From contig CAZVYX010000003.1 of the NCBI GenBank assembly GCA_964631725.1, positions 19,209 to 83,208 on the forward strand: a stretch of DNA of 64,000 nt, written 5' to 3'. The notes beneath the pieces were generated by a model, which searched no databases, was not told the DNA's origin, and saw only the letters and a list, made by a program, of their open reading frames with translations. The stretch's first letter is position 1. Each line of letters opens with the position of its first letter. The position numbers and the translations under genes were made by a program. Below, in pieces: positions 9,680 to 24,076 of this stretch. The DNA is from an uncultured Rhodospirillaceae bacterium (lineage in GTDB: Bacteria; Pseudomonadota; Alphaproteobacteria; GCA-2731375).

Positions 9680-11260
9680 ATGAAAGCAAAAGAGATGCCC
9701 GAGAAGACGCCAAACATACTCTTCATCATGGTTGACGAACTGGCGCCGCAGGTATTGCCGTGCCACGGCCATCCGGTGGTACAGACGCCGAATATTGACC
9801 GCCTGGCTGCCGAGGGCGTGGTATTCGAAAACGCCTATACCAACTCCCCCATCTGTGCGCCGGCCCGGGCCGCGATGATGACGGGCCGCTATACCCCGGC
9901 GATCGGCGCCTTTGACAACGGCACCGAAATCCCAACCTCGATGCCGACCATGGCGCATTATCTGCGCGCCGCCGATTACGAGGCGACGCTGTCGGGCAAA
10001 ATGCATTTCATCGGGCCCGATCAGTTGCACGGCTTTCAACGGCGCCTGACGACCGATATCTATCCCGCCAATTTCGCCTGGACCGCCAATTGGGAGCGCC
10101 CGCCGACGGCGCCGAACCCGGCCGGTGTCACGGTCAGCCCGGTTCTGGAAGCGGGCCCCTGCGTCCGCAGCATGCAGATCGACTATGACGACGACGTCGA
10201 GCATATGGCGCTGCAGGAGCTATATGATCTGGCGCGCCGGCCCGACGATGCGCCGCCGTTCTTCCTGACGGTTTCGTTCACCCACCCGCATCCACCGTTT
10301 ACCTGCGGCCAGGAACATTGGGATCTATACGACCATGATGCCATCGACATGCCCAAGGTCGGCCCCATTGCCGAAGCTGACATGGATGAAGCCAGCCGCT
10401 ACCTCTATTTCGGGCACCGCCGGGACCGCTTTACGGTCACGGACGAAGCGGTGCGCAACGCCCGGCATGCCTATTACGGCATGATCAGCTACATCGACGA
10501 CAAGGTCGGCCGCCTGATGGACGCCCTGGAGCAACTGGGGATGGGGTCGGATACCATCGTCGTCTTCACCTCCGACCATGGCGAGATGCTGGGCGAGCGC
10601 GGCATGTGGTTCAAGATGAACATGTTTGAATGGTCGGTCCGGGTGCCGATGATCTTCTGGGCCCCGGGCAGGTTCTCAGCCAAACGGATCAAGCAAAACG
10701 TCTCCCTGGTCGATCTGCTGCCGACCTTCACGGAACTGGGCGGTGGCCCGGCCCGGGAGGATTTTCCAGATGAGCTGGACGGCAACTCCATGCTCGGGCT
10801 GCTGACCACCGGGGCGGACGAGGCCTGGCCCGATACGGCTATTTCCGATTACACCGCCAACGCCACGCCGGGGCCGGTGCGCATGGTTCGTCGGGGGGAT
10901 TTCAAGCTGATCCATATTCCCGACAACCTGTCCCTGCTGTTCAACCTGGCCGACGACCCGGACGAATTGCATAACCTGGCCGGCGAGGCGGAACATCAGT
11001 CCTTGATCGAGGAGTTGAAGGCCATCGCTTTTCGCGACTACGACCCGGAACAGGTCAGCCGCGAAGTCCGCACTTCCCAACGCCGGCGCCTGTTCATCCG
11101 CGACGCCGCCGATCCCGACAGCACGGATGCCAACTGGGCCTATGTCGCCCGCCCCGGCGACGAAAACCGCTACGTCCGCGGCGGCGGCATCGCCAAGGGC
11201 GAAAACGCCACCAAGGCCCTGGCCCGCTTTCCCTACGTGGAGCCGCCGCCTGAAGGCTAG
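9680..11260 (+). CDS. Cys-type sulfatase (choline-sulfatase-like)
   Basis: 526 aa with sulfatase signature SPICAPARAAMMTGR (C-x-P-x-R) and an N-terminal ILFIMVDE. There is no signal peptide. Confidence 0.75.
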   Translation: MKAKEMPEKTPNILFIMVDELAPQVLPCHGHPVVQTPNIDRLAAEGVVFENAYTNSPICAPARAAMMTGRYTPAIGAFDNGTEIPTSMPTMAHYLRAADYEATLSGKMHFIGPDQLHGFQRRLTTDIYPANFAWTANWERPPTAPNPAGVTVSPVLEAGPCVRSMQIDYDDDVEHMALQELYDLARRPDDAPPFFLTVSFTHPHPPFTCGQEHWDLYDHDAIDMPKVGPIAEADMDEASRYLYFGHRRDRFTVTDEAVRNARHAYYGMISYIDDKVGRLMDALEQLGMGSDTIVVFTSDHGEMLGERGMWFKMNMFEWSVRVPMIFWAPGRFSAKRIKQNVSLVDLLPTFTELGGGPAREDFPDELDGNSMLGLLTTGADEAWPDTAISDYTANATPGPVRMVRRGDFKLIHIPDNLSLLFNLADDPDELHNLAGEAEHQSLIEELKAIAFRDYDPEQVSREVRTSQRRRLFIRDAADPDSTDANWAYVARPGDENRYVRGGGIAKGENATKALARFPYVEPPPEG

Positions 11261-11290
11261 CGGGGCGGAGTGACTGCGGCGGTCACACGA

Positions 11291-11761
11291 TTACAACGGC
11301 CGTTCGCCCAGATCCTGGTTGAGCATCAGCAGATAGCCGTCCGGGTCCTGGACGAAAATCTCCAACTGGCCGTCCTGGCGGTCGCCGGCCTGGCGCCAGA
11401 CCTCGCGCAGGGGCGTGTGGACGGGCCAGTTCCGATCCGTCAGCGCGGCCATGACGGCTGAAAGGTCATCGACCTCCAATTGAAACATCACCCCCTGGCC
11501 GAGAGGATGTTGCATGGGCCCGGTTTCCCAACGACCGTTGCGTTGGCACAGCATAATCTGTGCACCGCGCCCATCCGCCAGCCGCCGCTCGAGATAGGCA
11601 AAGCGCTCCGCCGGACGGTCGTAGGCAACGGCAAAGCCAATGATCCCGCACCAGAAAGCCAGGCTGGCGGCGATGTCTTCCACATGCAGTTCACACACCA
11701 TTGGCTGCCATCCGCTTGATGGCGGCGCGCCGGTGCCAATCGGGCTGTCGTTGTTGCTCAT
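11291..11761 (-). CDS. VOC (glyoxalase/bleomycin-resistance) family protein
   Basis: 156 aa with a bleomycin-resistance-like fold pattern (MVCELHVEDIAASLAFW...). Confidence 0.6.
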   Translation of the reverse strand: MSNNDSPIGTGAPPSSGWQPMVCELHVEDIAASLAFWCGIIGFAVAYDRPAERFAYLERRLADGRGAQIMLCQRNGRWETGPMQHPLGQGVMFQLEVDDLSAVMAALTDRNWPVHTPLREVWRQAGDRQDGQLEIFVQDPDGYLLMLNQDLGERPL

Positions 11762-11847
11762 ATCAATGTCCGGGTCCCTGGGTTGGAGGCTGAAATTTTC
11801 GGCCGCTGATGCTATTGTAGCCGCCGGCGTGAAGTTTGGGGGGAAAC

Positions 11848-13206
11848 ATGGCGGTCAGCGAAAGCATCAAGACAGGCGGGGCACCGGGCACGGCGCCGGG
11901 GGCGCTGGATCATATTCCAGGCGATCTCGGTCTGCCTATATTCGGCAATACCTTTGAATTTCTGAGAGACCCCTTTGCCTTTCACCACCGCCGGCGGCAG
12001 GCATACGGCCCGGTCTACAAGTTCGGCGTTTTCGGCGGCCGGACCGTGATGCTGCATGGGGCGGATGCCCTGGAATATGTGCTGATGGACCGGGAGAAGA
12101 ATTTCGGCTCCCGCCTGGGCTGGCGGTTGTTGCAGCAATTGTTCCCCAACGGCCTGATGCTGCGGGATTTTGACGATCACCGCGCTCACCGCCGGATCAT
12201 GCAGGCCGCCTTCAAGCCGAAGCCCATGCAGGATTATATGCTGCGCCTGAATGATGGCATCGCCCACAGCATGCAGGCATGGCAGCCCTCGCCCCGGTTC
12301 GAGTTCTACCCCGCGATCAAGGATCTGACCCTGGAGCTTGGCGCCTCGGTCTTTCTCGGCCTGGAAATGGGCGCGGAAGCGGCGAAGCTGAACCAGGCCT
12401 TCGTCGATGAAGTTGCCGCCTCGGTCGCGGTGATCCGCACGCCCTGGCCGGGGACGGCCATGCGCCGGGGCGTGAAGGCGCGGGCCTTTCTGCTGGAATA
12501 CTTCCGCGATCTGATCCCGGCCCGGCGCCAGGGCGGCGGTGACGATATGTTCAGCGAGTTTTGCCGCGCGGAGTCCGAGGACGGCGCCTTTTTCAGCGAT
12601 GACGAAATCGTCGACCATCTGAATTTCCTGCTGATGGCGGCCCATGACACCACCACCTCGGCCTTGACGACGATGATCTGGGCCCTGGCGCAATATCCCG
12701 AGTGGCAGGACGCGGTGCGGGCCGAGATCATGGGCCTGGGCACGGCGCGGATCAGCTATGACGCCCTGGAGCAATTGGAGCTGACCGAGCGGGTCTTCAA
12801 GGAAGCGCTGCGTTTTCGGCCGCCGGTGCCGTTTCTGCCGCGCTTCGCCTACCGCCCGTTCGAATTCGGCGGCTATGAAATCCCCGGCGAGACCCCGGTT
12901 TCCGTCAGCCCCGGCCTGGTCGCCATGTCGCCGTAGCTATGGAGCAAGCCGGAACTGTTCGACCCGGATCGGTTCTCCGACAACCGGGCCGAGGACCGCC
13001 GCCACCGCTTCGCCTGGTCGCCGTTCGGGGGCGGGGCGCATAAATGCATCGGCATGCACTTTGCGATCATGCAGGTACGCGCCTTCCTGCATCAGTTCCT
13101 GCAGCACTACCGCGTCGCCCTGCCGGAAGACTATCAACCAAGCTGGCAGGCGATCCCGATCCCCAAACCCAGGGACGGCCTGCCGATCGTTCTCAGCCGC
13201 CTATAG
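11848..13206 (+). pseudogene. cytochrome P450 interrupted by an in-frame TAG at 12934-12936
   Basis: The same frame reads through from ATG 11848 to the TAG at 13204-13206 apart from a single amber codon: SPGLVAMSP*LWSKPELFDPDRF... The downstream segment carries the heme loop FGGGAHKCIGMHFA. Confidence 0.7.
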
Positions 13207-13213
13207 GTGAGCC

Positions 13214-13714
13214 ATGCCCATCGCGCCGCACGCCGCAGCCAGTGTTCTGATTTTCCTGCTATTACTGGCAGTCGGCGCGGCAAACACCACGGCCTGGGCG
13301 GCCTCCCCCTGCGCGCGTCCCGGCACGCCGCTGGAGGCCAAGGCCCTGGCGGAAAAGGCCGCGGCCCATCTGGCCACGGTCGGGCCGGGCAAGGCCTTCA
13401 ATGATTTCATGACCCACGGCGATGACTACATGCCGTTCGATCTGTACGTCTTTGTCTTCGACCAGAAGGGTCAGATGTGGGTCAACGGCCGCTTTCCCGG
13501 CATGATCGGCAGCAATATCGCCGATGCCGCCGACAGCAACGGCCGCCGCTTTCTATTGGATGCCATGCGCCGGGCCGCCAACGAAGGATCGGCCTGGGTC
13601 GAATACCAGTGGTACAACCCCTGCACCGGAACGGCGATGCCAAAATCCACCCATATCGTGCGCGCGGGACAATTTTTCGTTGGTGTCGGCGCCTATGGCA
13701 GGCTGAGTGTGTGA
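13214..13714 (+). CDS. stand-alone periplasmic single-Cache-like sensor domain protein
   Basis: AGGTGA RBS, a signal peptide VLIFLLLLAVGAANTTAWA, and DLYVFVFDQKGQMWVNGRFPGMIGSNIADAAD...EGSAWVEYQWYNP, which resembles sCache_2 ligand-binding domains. Confidence 0.55.
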   Translation: MPIAPHAAASVLIFLLLLAVGAANTTAWAASPCARPGTPLEAKALAEKAAAHLATVGPGKAFNDFMTHGDDYMPFDLYVFVFDQKGQMWVNGRFPGMIGSNIADAADSNGRRFLLDAMRRAANEGSAWVEYQWYNPCTGTAMPKSTHIVRAGQFFVGVGAYGRLSV

Positions 13715-13741
13715 ACTAACAAGACGGGAGGTACGAACATC

Positions 13742-14500
13742 GTGAACAATATCAGGCATCAGGACAGGCTGGGTTGGCGGGCCAAGATCGGCGTCGTCAC
13801 GCCGGCCACCAACACCATTGTCGAGCCGGAATTCCATCAAATGGCGCCCCTGGGCGTGACAAATCATACGGCCCGTTTTCTGATCCCGAACATGGATCTG
13901 AACAGCAACGAGGATTTCGAACAGCTGGTGGTGGAGATCAAGGCCAACCTGGATGATGCCATCGACGGATTGACGCCGGCGGCGGTGGATCATGTAATCA
14001 TCGGCATTTCGGCCGAGTCGTTTTGGGACGGGGCCGAAGGTGCCGACATTTTGCAAAAGCGGCTGGAGGCCAAGGCCGGCTGCAGCATGACCCTGGGCTC
14101 CGCCGCCGCCCGTTCAGCGCTGGAGGCGGTCGGTGCCAGGCGCCTGGGCGTGGTCACGCCGTACTGGCCCGTGGCGGACGAGCGCGTGCATCATTATTTC
14201 GGGCAATGCGGTTTCGAGGTTGTTGCCCTGAAGGGCCTGAAGGCCAACAGCCCGGTCAATATCGCCGAACAGAGCGAGGAAACCCTGCGCCAGGCGATGA
14301 TCGAGGTGAATACGCCGGATGTGGACGCCATTATCCAGGTCGGCACCAATCTGGGCATGGCGCAACTGGCGGGAGAGGCGGAACGCTGGCTGGGCAAGCC
14401 GGTCATCGCCATCAATACGGCGCTGTACTGGCACGCCCTGCGGCAGATGGGCATTGACGACAAGATCCCCGGCTGGGGCCGCTTGCTTACAGATTTCTAA
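13742..14500 (+). CDS. Asp/Glu/hydantoin racemase family protein, maleate cis-trans isomerase-like
   Basis: 252 aa, KIGVVTPATNTIVEPEF...GVVTPYWP...AIIQVGTNLGM, the pattern of maleate isomerase / arylmalonate decarboxylase. Confidence 0.65.
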   Translation: MNNIRHQDRLGWRAKIGVVTPATNTIVEPEFHQMAPLGVTNHTARFLIPNMDLNSNEDFEQLVVEIKANLDDAIDGLTPAAVDHVIIGISAESFWDGAEGADILQKRLEAKAGCSMTLGSAAARSALEAVGARRLGVVTPYWPVADERVHHYFGQCGFEVVALKGLKANSPVNIAEQSEETLRQAMIEVNTPDVDAIIQVGTNLGMAQLAGEAERWLGKPVIAINTALYWHALRQMGIDDKIPGWGRLLTDF

Positions 14501-14504
14501 GCCT

Positions 14505-15161
14505 TCACCACTGCTCCCAATGGGTGATCTCGGAGACCGGCGGGCGCTTGGCGGTCTTGAACTCGGTGCCGACGGTATAGGCCACGGGCAGCAACGCCAC
14601 CTGCTGCACCCCTTCGGGAATACCCAATAGTTCGATCGCATCCTCTTCGGCGCGCAAATGCAGGGTCGTCAGCACCGTGCCCAGGCCACGGGCCCGCAGG
14701 GCGAGCTGGAAACTCCATACGGCGGGAAAGATCGAGCCCATGACACCGGCCCAGGCCGCGGGTGGCGGATCCTGCACCATATGTTCCACATTGATGCACG
14801 GGATCACGTGCACCGGCACATCCTGCAAACACTCCGCCAGATACTGGGCCGAGGAAATAACCCGGGTGGTCTGGCCGCTGTCATTCATGCCGGCGGCATC
14901 CACTTCGGCTTCCTGCAAATAGGTCCCCGCGCCCTTGCGGTAGATATCCGCCAGGGCCGCCCGCTTGGCCGGGTCCGTTACCACGATCCAGGACCAGCCC
15001 TGCTTATTGGAGCCGGTCGGCGCCTGTTGCGAGAGTTCCAGGCATTCGTTGATCACCTCGCGCGGCACCTCGCGCTCCAGATCCAGGCGCTTGCGCACGG
15101 CGCGGGTCGTCGAAAGAAGGGCATCGGTCACGGCGAGATCAAATACGGTCATGGCTTCCAT
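14505..15161 (-). CDS. nitroreductase family protein
   Basis: 218 aa; SQQAPTGSNKQGWSWIVV is typical of the nitroreductase fold. Confidence 0.7.
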   Translation of the reverse strand: MEAMTVFDLAVTDALLSTTRAVRKRLDLEREVPREVINECLELSQQAPTGSNKQGWSWIVVTDPAKRAALADIYRKGAGTYLQEAEVDAAGMNDSGQTTRVISSAQYLAECLQDVPVHVIPCINVEHMVQDPPPAAWAGVMGSIFPAVWSFQLALRARGLGTVLTTLHLRAEEDAIELLGIPEGVQQVALLPVAYTVGTEFKTAKRPPVSEITHWEQW

Positions 15162-15248
15162 CTTTGTTGGCTTCTGTTTGGACGGCGCAATTTATCACGG
15201 GGCCGGGTCCGAGTCGCGCGCCACGAACCCAGGCAACAACAATCGCTC

Positions 15249-15701
15249 CTAAAGTCTGTTTGCGGTTGCCTTGCCCCAGATTTCCTCCCAATCCTGATTG
15301 AGCATATCCCTGACGCCGCCGTCGGCGTCGAAGAACTTGTTCGGCAACTGGAACATCGCCAGCATCAGGGCGCCGTTCGGGGTGCCCGCCTGGTGACGGC
15401 TGCCGGCCGGGCGCCAGACGAAATTGCCGGCGCTGCACGTGCCCTCGGCGCAGACCAAGGCGCCCTCGATCACGAAGGTCTGTTCGATCTGCACATGCTC
15501 GTGATCGGGCAAAACCGCGCCCGGCGCCATTTTCAACAGCGCCGTCAAAAGCCCAGTGCGGCGGTCAACCAACAGGGTTTTCGCCTCGACGCCGGGGTAG
15601 CGGGTTGCTTCCCACGGCATGGAATGGGTCTCGACAAAGCGCGAGTCCAGAGGCCCCAGCCCCTCGTGGTTTGGAGCGTTGGGGGTAATTGCCGTCGTCA
15701 T
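15249..15701 (-). CDS. cupin domain protein (ChrR-like cupin)
   Basis: 150 aa with LPDHEHVQIEQTFVIEG cupin motifs. Confidence 0.6.
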   Translation of the reverse strand: MTTAITPNAPNHEGLGPLDSRFVETHSMPWEATRYPGVEAKTLLVDRRTGLLTALLKMAPGAVLPDHEHVQIEQTFVIEGALVCAEGTCSAGNFVWRPAGSRHQAGTPNGALMLAMFQLPNKFFDADGGVRDMLNQDWEEIWGKATANRL

Positions 15702-15741
15702 GCTCTCTCCGTTATTGCGGTTATCTGGTTCTTAATATCGC

Positions 15742-20278
<4,537 letters not shown>

Positions 20279-20328
20279 ACGCCGATATTAGTATCGCGCC
20301 GCGGCATAGGATAGGGGCCAGAGCGTTT

Positions 20329-21120
20329 TCAGAATACCGAATTCCACATCCGGCTATACCAGGCTTCGCTATCCTGGTTGGTTCGCTGGTCTTCGCCGGT
20401 CAAAAGTGCATAGCTGTCGAGATACCATTCGCTGCCCGGATAGTTATGGCCCAATATGGCGGCGGTATTCTTTGCCTCGTCATTGATGCCCAGGGACAGA
20501 TAGGCTTCCGTCAGACGGTGCAGGGCCTCGGGCACATGCGATGTGGTCTGGTAGCGCTCGACGACATGGCGAAAGCGGTTGATCGCGGCGCCGTGGTGGC
20601 CGCGGTCAAGATAGTAGCGGCCGATTTCCATTTCCTTGCCGGCCAGATGATCGCGGGCCAAATCGATCTTCAGCCGGGCGTCGCGGGCATATTCGCTGTT
20701 TGGATAACGATCAACAACCTCGGCCAGGGCATCAAGCGCCAGTTTCGTAATCTTCTGTTCGCGCCCGATATCAGCGATCTGTTCATAATAAGAAATGGCG
20801 ATCAGATAATAGGCGTATGGCGCGTCCCGATTGCCGGGATGCAGTTGCAGGAAGCGTTGCGCGGTGAAAATCGCCTCGTCATAGTCATTCGTCTGGTAGT
20901 GCGCATAGGCAGCCATCAATTGTGATTTTCTGGCCCAGACTGAATAGGGATGCTGGCGCTCCACCTCGTCGAAATCAATCGCCGCCAGTTCGGCGTCTCC
21001 CGACAGCAGCTTGTCCATGGCCTGATTGTAGATATCCTCCACCGGCCGCTCGACATAGGCCGCGTCATCGCTTTCACAGGCGGGCAATGAGAGTAGCAAG
21101 CCGGCGCAGATTGCAAGCAT
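20329..21120 (-). CDS. bamD: outer membrane protein assembly factor BamD (lipoprotein, TPR)
   Basis: LLLSLPAC lipobox, TPR-like repeats, and conserved synteny bamD-recN-ligA. The start is uncertain: ATG at 21118-21120, or an upstream GTG giving an RR-containing n-region. Confidence 0.75.
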   Translation of the reverse strand: MLAICAGLLLSLPACESDDAAYVERPVEDIYNQAMDKLLSGDAELAAIDFDEVERQHPYSVWARKSQLMAAYAHYQTNDYDEAIFTAQRFLQLHPGNRDAPYAYYLIAISYYEQIADIGREQKITKLALDALAEVVDRYPNSEYARDARLKIDLARDHLAGKEMEIGRYYLDRGHHGAAINRFRHVVERYQTTSHVPEALHRLTEAYLSLGINDEAKNTAAILGHNYPGSEWYLDSYALLTGEDQRTNQDSEAWYSRMWNSVF

Positions 21121-21567
21121 GGCCCCAGCGCGCCAAGGTCTCCTGATTCTTCTGACGCGCTTAAATGGTTTCGGATTATGCAAAATCGACCTCAAGATTT
21201 CCCACTCACATAAACTTGATCCAGTATAGCATGTTCCGAAAACCAGACGGACCGCCAAATTTCGAAAAAATGCATAAAAAGCTCTACCAGCGGTGTCAAC
21301 CTGAACATTTTACCCTATCTTTCTCATACGCCATAAGGCATCATTGAAATACAACTGCTGATCTCTGAAAAGCAGCCGCACGTTGTATTAGCACTTTGCA
21401 TTCTAAGTGCAAAAAATCGAGGGCGAATTTGTCATAGCGCATAAAATTTTCATCGCGGCATTGACTAGTCGCCTCAGCGGTCAAGATTAGAAACTATGAG
21501 ATTGGCGAATTGAAATATATGCGGTTGGGGTTCGCCATAAGCCCCGCCGCCAAACATTGAGGGAATT

Positions 21568-21954
21568 ATGGGTATACTTGCGAAACGTGTCGATGCCCAT
21601 GTTGGTGGTCGCATCCGCGATCGGCGAACAGGTCTGGGCTTGACCCAAGAGCATTTGGCGAACGCCTTGAATATTTCTTACCAGCAGGTACAGAAATATG
21701 AAACAGGCGCAAATAGGGTCAGCGCTGGCCGGCTGTACGAAGTGTCGAAAATACTTCAGTCGGACGTCAGCTTCTTCTTCGAAGGGCTAGACGAAACAGT
21801 AGAGGCCGAACCTTTGGGCCATGGTGGCAAGAACCGCTCCACCATCGAATTGGTGCGCAATTTCGGTGCGATCGAGAATCCCTCGATACGTTCCGCGGTT
21901 TCAGGCCTGGTAAAGAGCATCGCCAAGCCGGATAAGGAAGAAACTGCATACTGA
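21568..21954 (+). CDS. XRE-family HTH transcriptional regulator (PraR/PhrR-like, conserved in alphaproteobacteria)
   Basis: 128 aa, VDAHVGGRIRDRRTGLGLTQEHLANALNISYQQVQKYETGANRVSAGRLYEVSKILQSDVSFFFEG, preceded by a ~450-bp AT-rich leader. Confidence 0.7.
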   Translation: MGILAKRVDAHVGGRIRDRRTGLGLTQEHLANALNISYQQVQKYETGANRVSAGRLYEVSKILQSDVSFFFEGLDETVEAEPLGHGGKNRSTIELVRNFGAIENPSIRSAVSGLVKSIAKPDKEETAY

Positions 21955-21989
21955 GCCTTTTGGCACCACTCGTTTAGTCACCAAATAAA

Positions 21990-22027
21990 ATGGCCCGATG
22001 GTTCGTTCCGTCGGGCCATTTTTGTTG
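21990..22027 (+). terminator. rho-independent terminator of the XRE regulator gene
   Basis: Stem atGGCCCGAtgg / ccgTCGGGCCat with a 7-nt loop, followed by ATTTTTGTT. Confidence 0.7.
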
Positions 22028-22134
22028 CCGCAAACAGGCGGTGACATGATCATGGCAAAAATGTTCCAATGGGTTGAATTTCACCGATCCTGTTACCGAA
22101 CGAATTGGCAAGAACAAGAATATTGGAGGTGGCG

Positions 22135-23175
22135 ATGAAACTGTCCCTGATGCTGGGTTATTCGGGCGCCCAGTTGGATATTCCGGTGGCGCGGGTGCAA
22201 CGGGCCGAGGAATTGGGCTTTCATTCGGTCTGGACGGCGGAAGCCTATGGCTCCGATGCGATCACGCCGCTAGCCTATCTGGCCGCCGTGACCTCGAAAA
22301 TCAAGCTCGGAACCGCGATCATGCAGCTGTCCGCCCGGACGCCGGCGAATTGCGCGATGACAGCGGCGACCCTGGACAGTCTTGCCGGCGGCGACCGTTT
22401 CATGGCCGGCATCGGCGTCTCCGGCCCGCAAATCGTCGAAGGCTGGTATGGCCAGCCCTGGGGACGGCCGTACTACAGAATTAAGGACTATGTCGCCATC
22501 ATGCGCGCCATCTGGGCCCGCGAGGCGCCGGTGAGCCATGAAGGCAAGGAAATCTCATTGCCCTTCACCGGCGAAGGCTCCGCTGGCTTGGGCAAGCCGC
22601 TGAAGTCGATCCTGCATTGCAATCCGAATATTCCGATTTATCTGGGCACCGGCAACGAAGCCACCGTGCGCCTGACGGCCGAGATCGCCGATGGCTGGCT
22701 GCCCCACGGCTTCATTCCCGGATCCATGCCGGAGTATCTACCCTGGCTGGAACAGGGATTTGCCCGCGCCGGCGGCGGAAAATCCCTCGCTGATTTCGAA
22801 ATCATGGCCCTGACCCATGTGGAAGTGGACCAGGATGTTCAGGCCGCCCTCGACCGCCAGAAGCCCGATGTGGCGTTGTACGTGGGCGGCATGGGCCACA
22901 AGGACAAGAATTTTCACAAGGACCTGATGATTCGCCGCGGCTTCGGCGACGCGGCCGAGCGCATACAGGAACTGTTTCTCGACGGGCACAAAGCGGAAGC
23001 CGCGGCCGCGGTGCCCGACGAATGGATCGATCAAAAATCCCTGGTCGGACCGCCCGCCCGGATCAAGCAGCGCTATCGCGCCTGGGAGGATTCCGGGGCG
23101 ACCGGGCTGGTGGTGTGGGCCCATCAGGACGAAGCGGTCGAGGTGATGGCCCAGGCGGCGCGATTGAACGCCTAG
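22135..23175 (+). CDS. LLM-class (luciferase-like) flavin/F420-dependent oxidoreductase
   Basis: MKLSLMLGYSG...ELGFHSVWTAEAYGSD, the bacterial luciferase-like TIM-barrel pattern. Confidence 0.7.
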   Translation: MKLSLMLGYSGAQLDIPVARVQRAEELGFHSVWTAEAYGSDAITPLAYLAAVTSKIKLGTAIMQLSARTPANCAMTAATLDSLAGGDRFMAGIGVSGPQIVEGWYGQPWGRPYYRIKDYVAIMRAIWAREAPVSHEGKEISLPFTGEGSAGLGKPLKSILHCNPNIPIYLGTGNEATVRLTAEIADGWLPHGFIPGSMPEYLPWLEQGFARAGGGKSLADFEIMALTHVEVDQDVQAALDRQKPDVALYVGGMGHKDKNFHKDLMIRRGFGDAAERIQELFLDGHKAEAAAAVPDEWIDQKSLVGPPARIKQRYRAWEDSGATGLVVWAHQDEAVEVMAQAARLNA

Positions 23176-23222
23176 TGCCCCTGCCCCTTGCCGCCCCTGC
23201 CATGTCGTGATAGCGAACGGTC

Positions 23223-24062
23223 ATGGGAACTGAACAAAAAGATGCCGCCAACCGCAACGCGCCCGCATCCGGGGATCAACAGGCGACGGGAATCGTCATC
23301 ATCATCAGTAATTTCAATGATGATGACAATCATGCCAGCCACCGGGTCGGCGACCGCTACATCGTCGTCGTGCGCGAGATCTGCGGCGCCCTGCCGTTGA
23401 TGCTGCCGGCGTTGGGCGCCGGCGCCGATATGGATACCCTGTTGGACAGAGTGGACGGGGTGATCCTGACGGGCGGCGCTTCGAACGTGAACCCGGATCA
23501 TTACGGCGGCGGCGAGGCGCGGGATAAGTCCCTGCTTGATGCCCGGCGCGATGGCGTGGCCCTGGATTTGGTGCGCGCCTGCGTCGAACGCAATGTGCCG
23601 CTGTTTGGCATTTGCCGGGGTATTCAGGAGATGAATGTCGCCCTGGGTGGCAGCCTGCATCAATACATGCACGAAGTGCCGGCGCATTTTGATCACCGCC
23701 GGCCACGGGAAAAACCAATGTCCGTGCAACTGGCGCCGCGTCAGCGCATTACACTGACGCCCGGCGGCATTCTGCAGGAACTGGCTGGCGGTGCGCGGCA
23801 GGTCATGGTCAACACGCTGCATGCTCAAGGCATTGACCGGCTGGCGGAAAGCCTGGTTGTCGAAGCGGTTGCCGACGACGGCACAATCGAGGCGGTACGC
23901 GTTGCAGCGTCACCGACCTTTACCGTTGGCGTGCAATGGCACGCCGAATACCGCACCTCGGAGCATGCCCTCTACCGCGCCCTCTTCGAGGCTTTTGGCG
24001 AGGCCGTCGCGGCCCATGCCAGCGCGCGCGCCAAGGGAGCCAACATGGGCAGGGTCGCTTGA
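23223..24062 (+). CDS. gamma-glutamyl-GABA hydrolase-like class I glutamine amidotransferase (PuuD family)
   Basis: GICRGIQ nucleophile elbow with catalytic Cys, and a WHAE/HPE-type motif (VQWHAEYR). Confidence 0.65.
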   Translation: MGTEQKDAANRNAPASGDQQATGIVIIISNFNDDDNHASHRVGDRYIVVVREICGALPLMLPALGAGADMDTLLDRVDGVILTGGASNVNPDHYGGGEARDKSLLDARRDGVALDLVRACVERNVPLFGICRGIQEMNVALGGSLHQYMHEVPAHFDHRRPREKPMSVQLAPRQRITLTPGGILQELAGGARQVMVNTLHAQGIDRLAESLVVEAVADDGTIEAVRVAASPTFTVGVQWHAEYRTSEHALYRALFEAFGEAVAAHASARAKGANMGRVA

Positions 24063-24076
24063 CGGCAAAAGCCGAG

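Noticed and set aside
12875-13210. 111-aa + ORF in an alternative frame at the P450 3' end
   Set aside because: The main frame encodes the P450 heme-binding loop FGGGAHKCIG, so the alternative frame is spurious.
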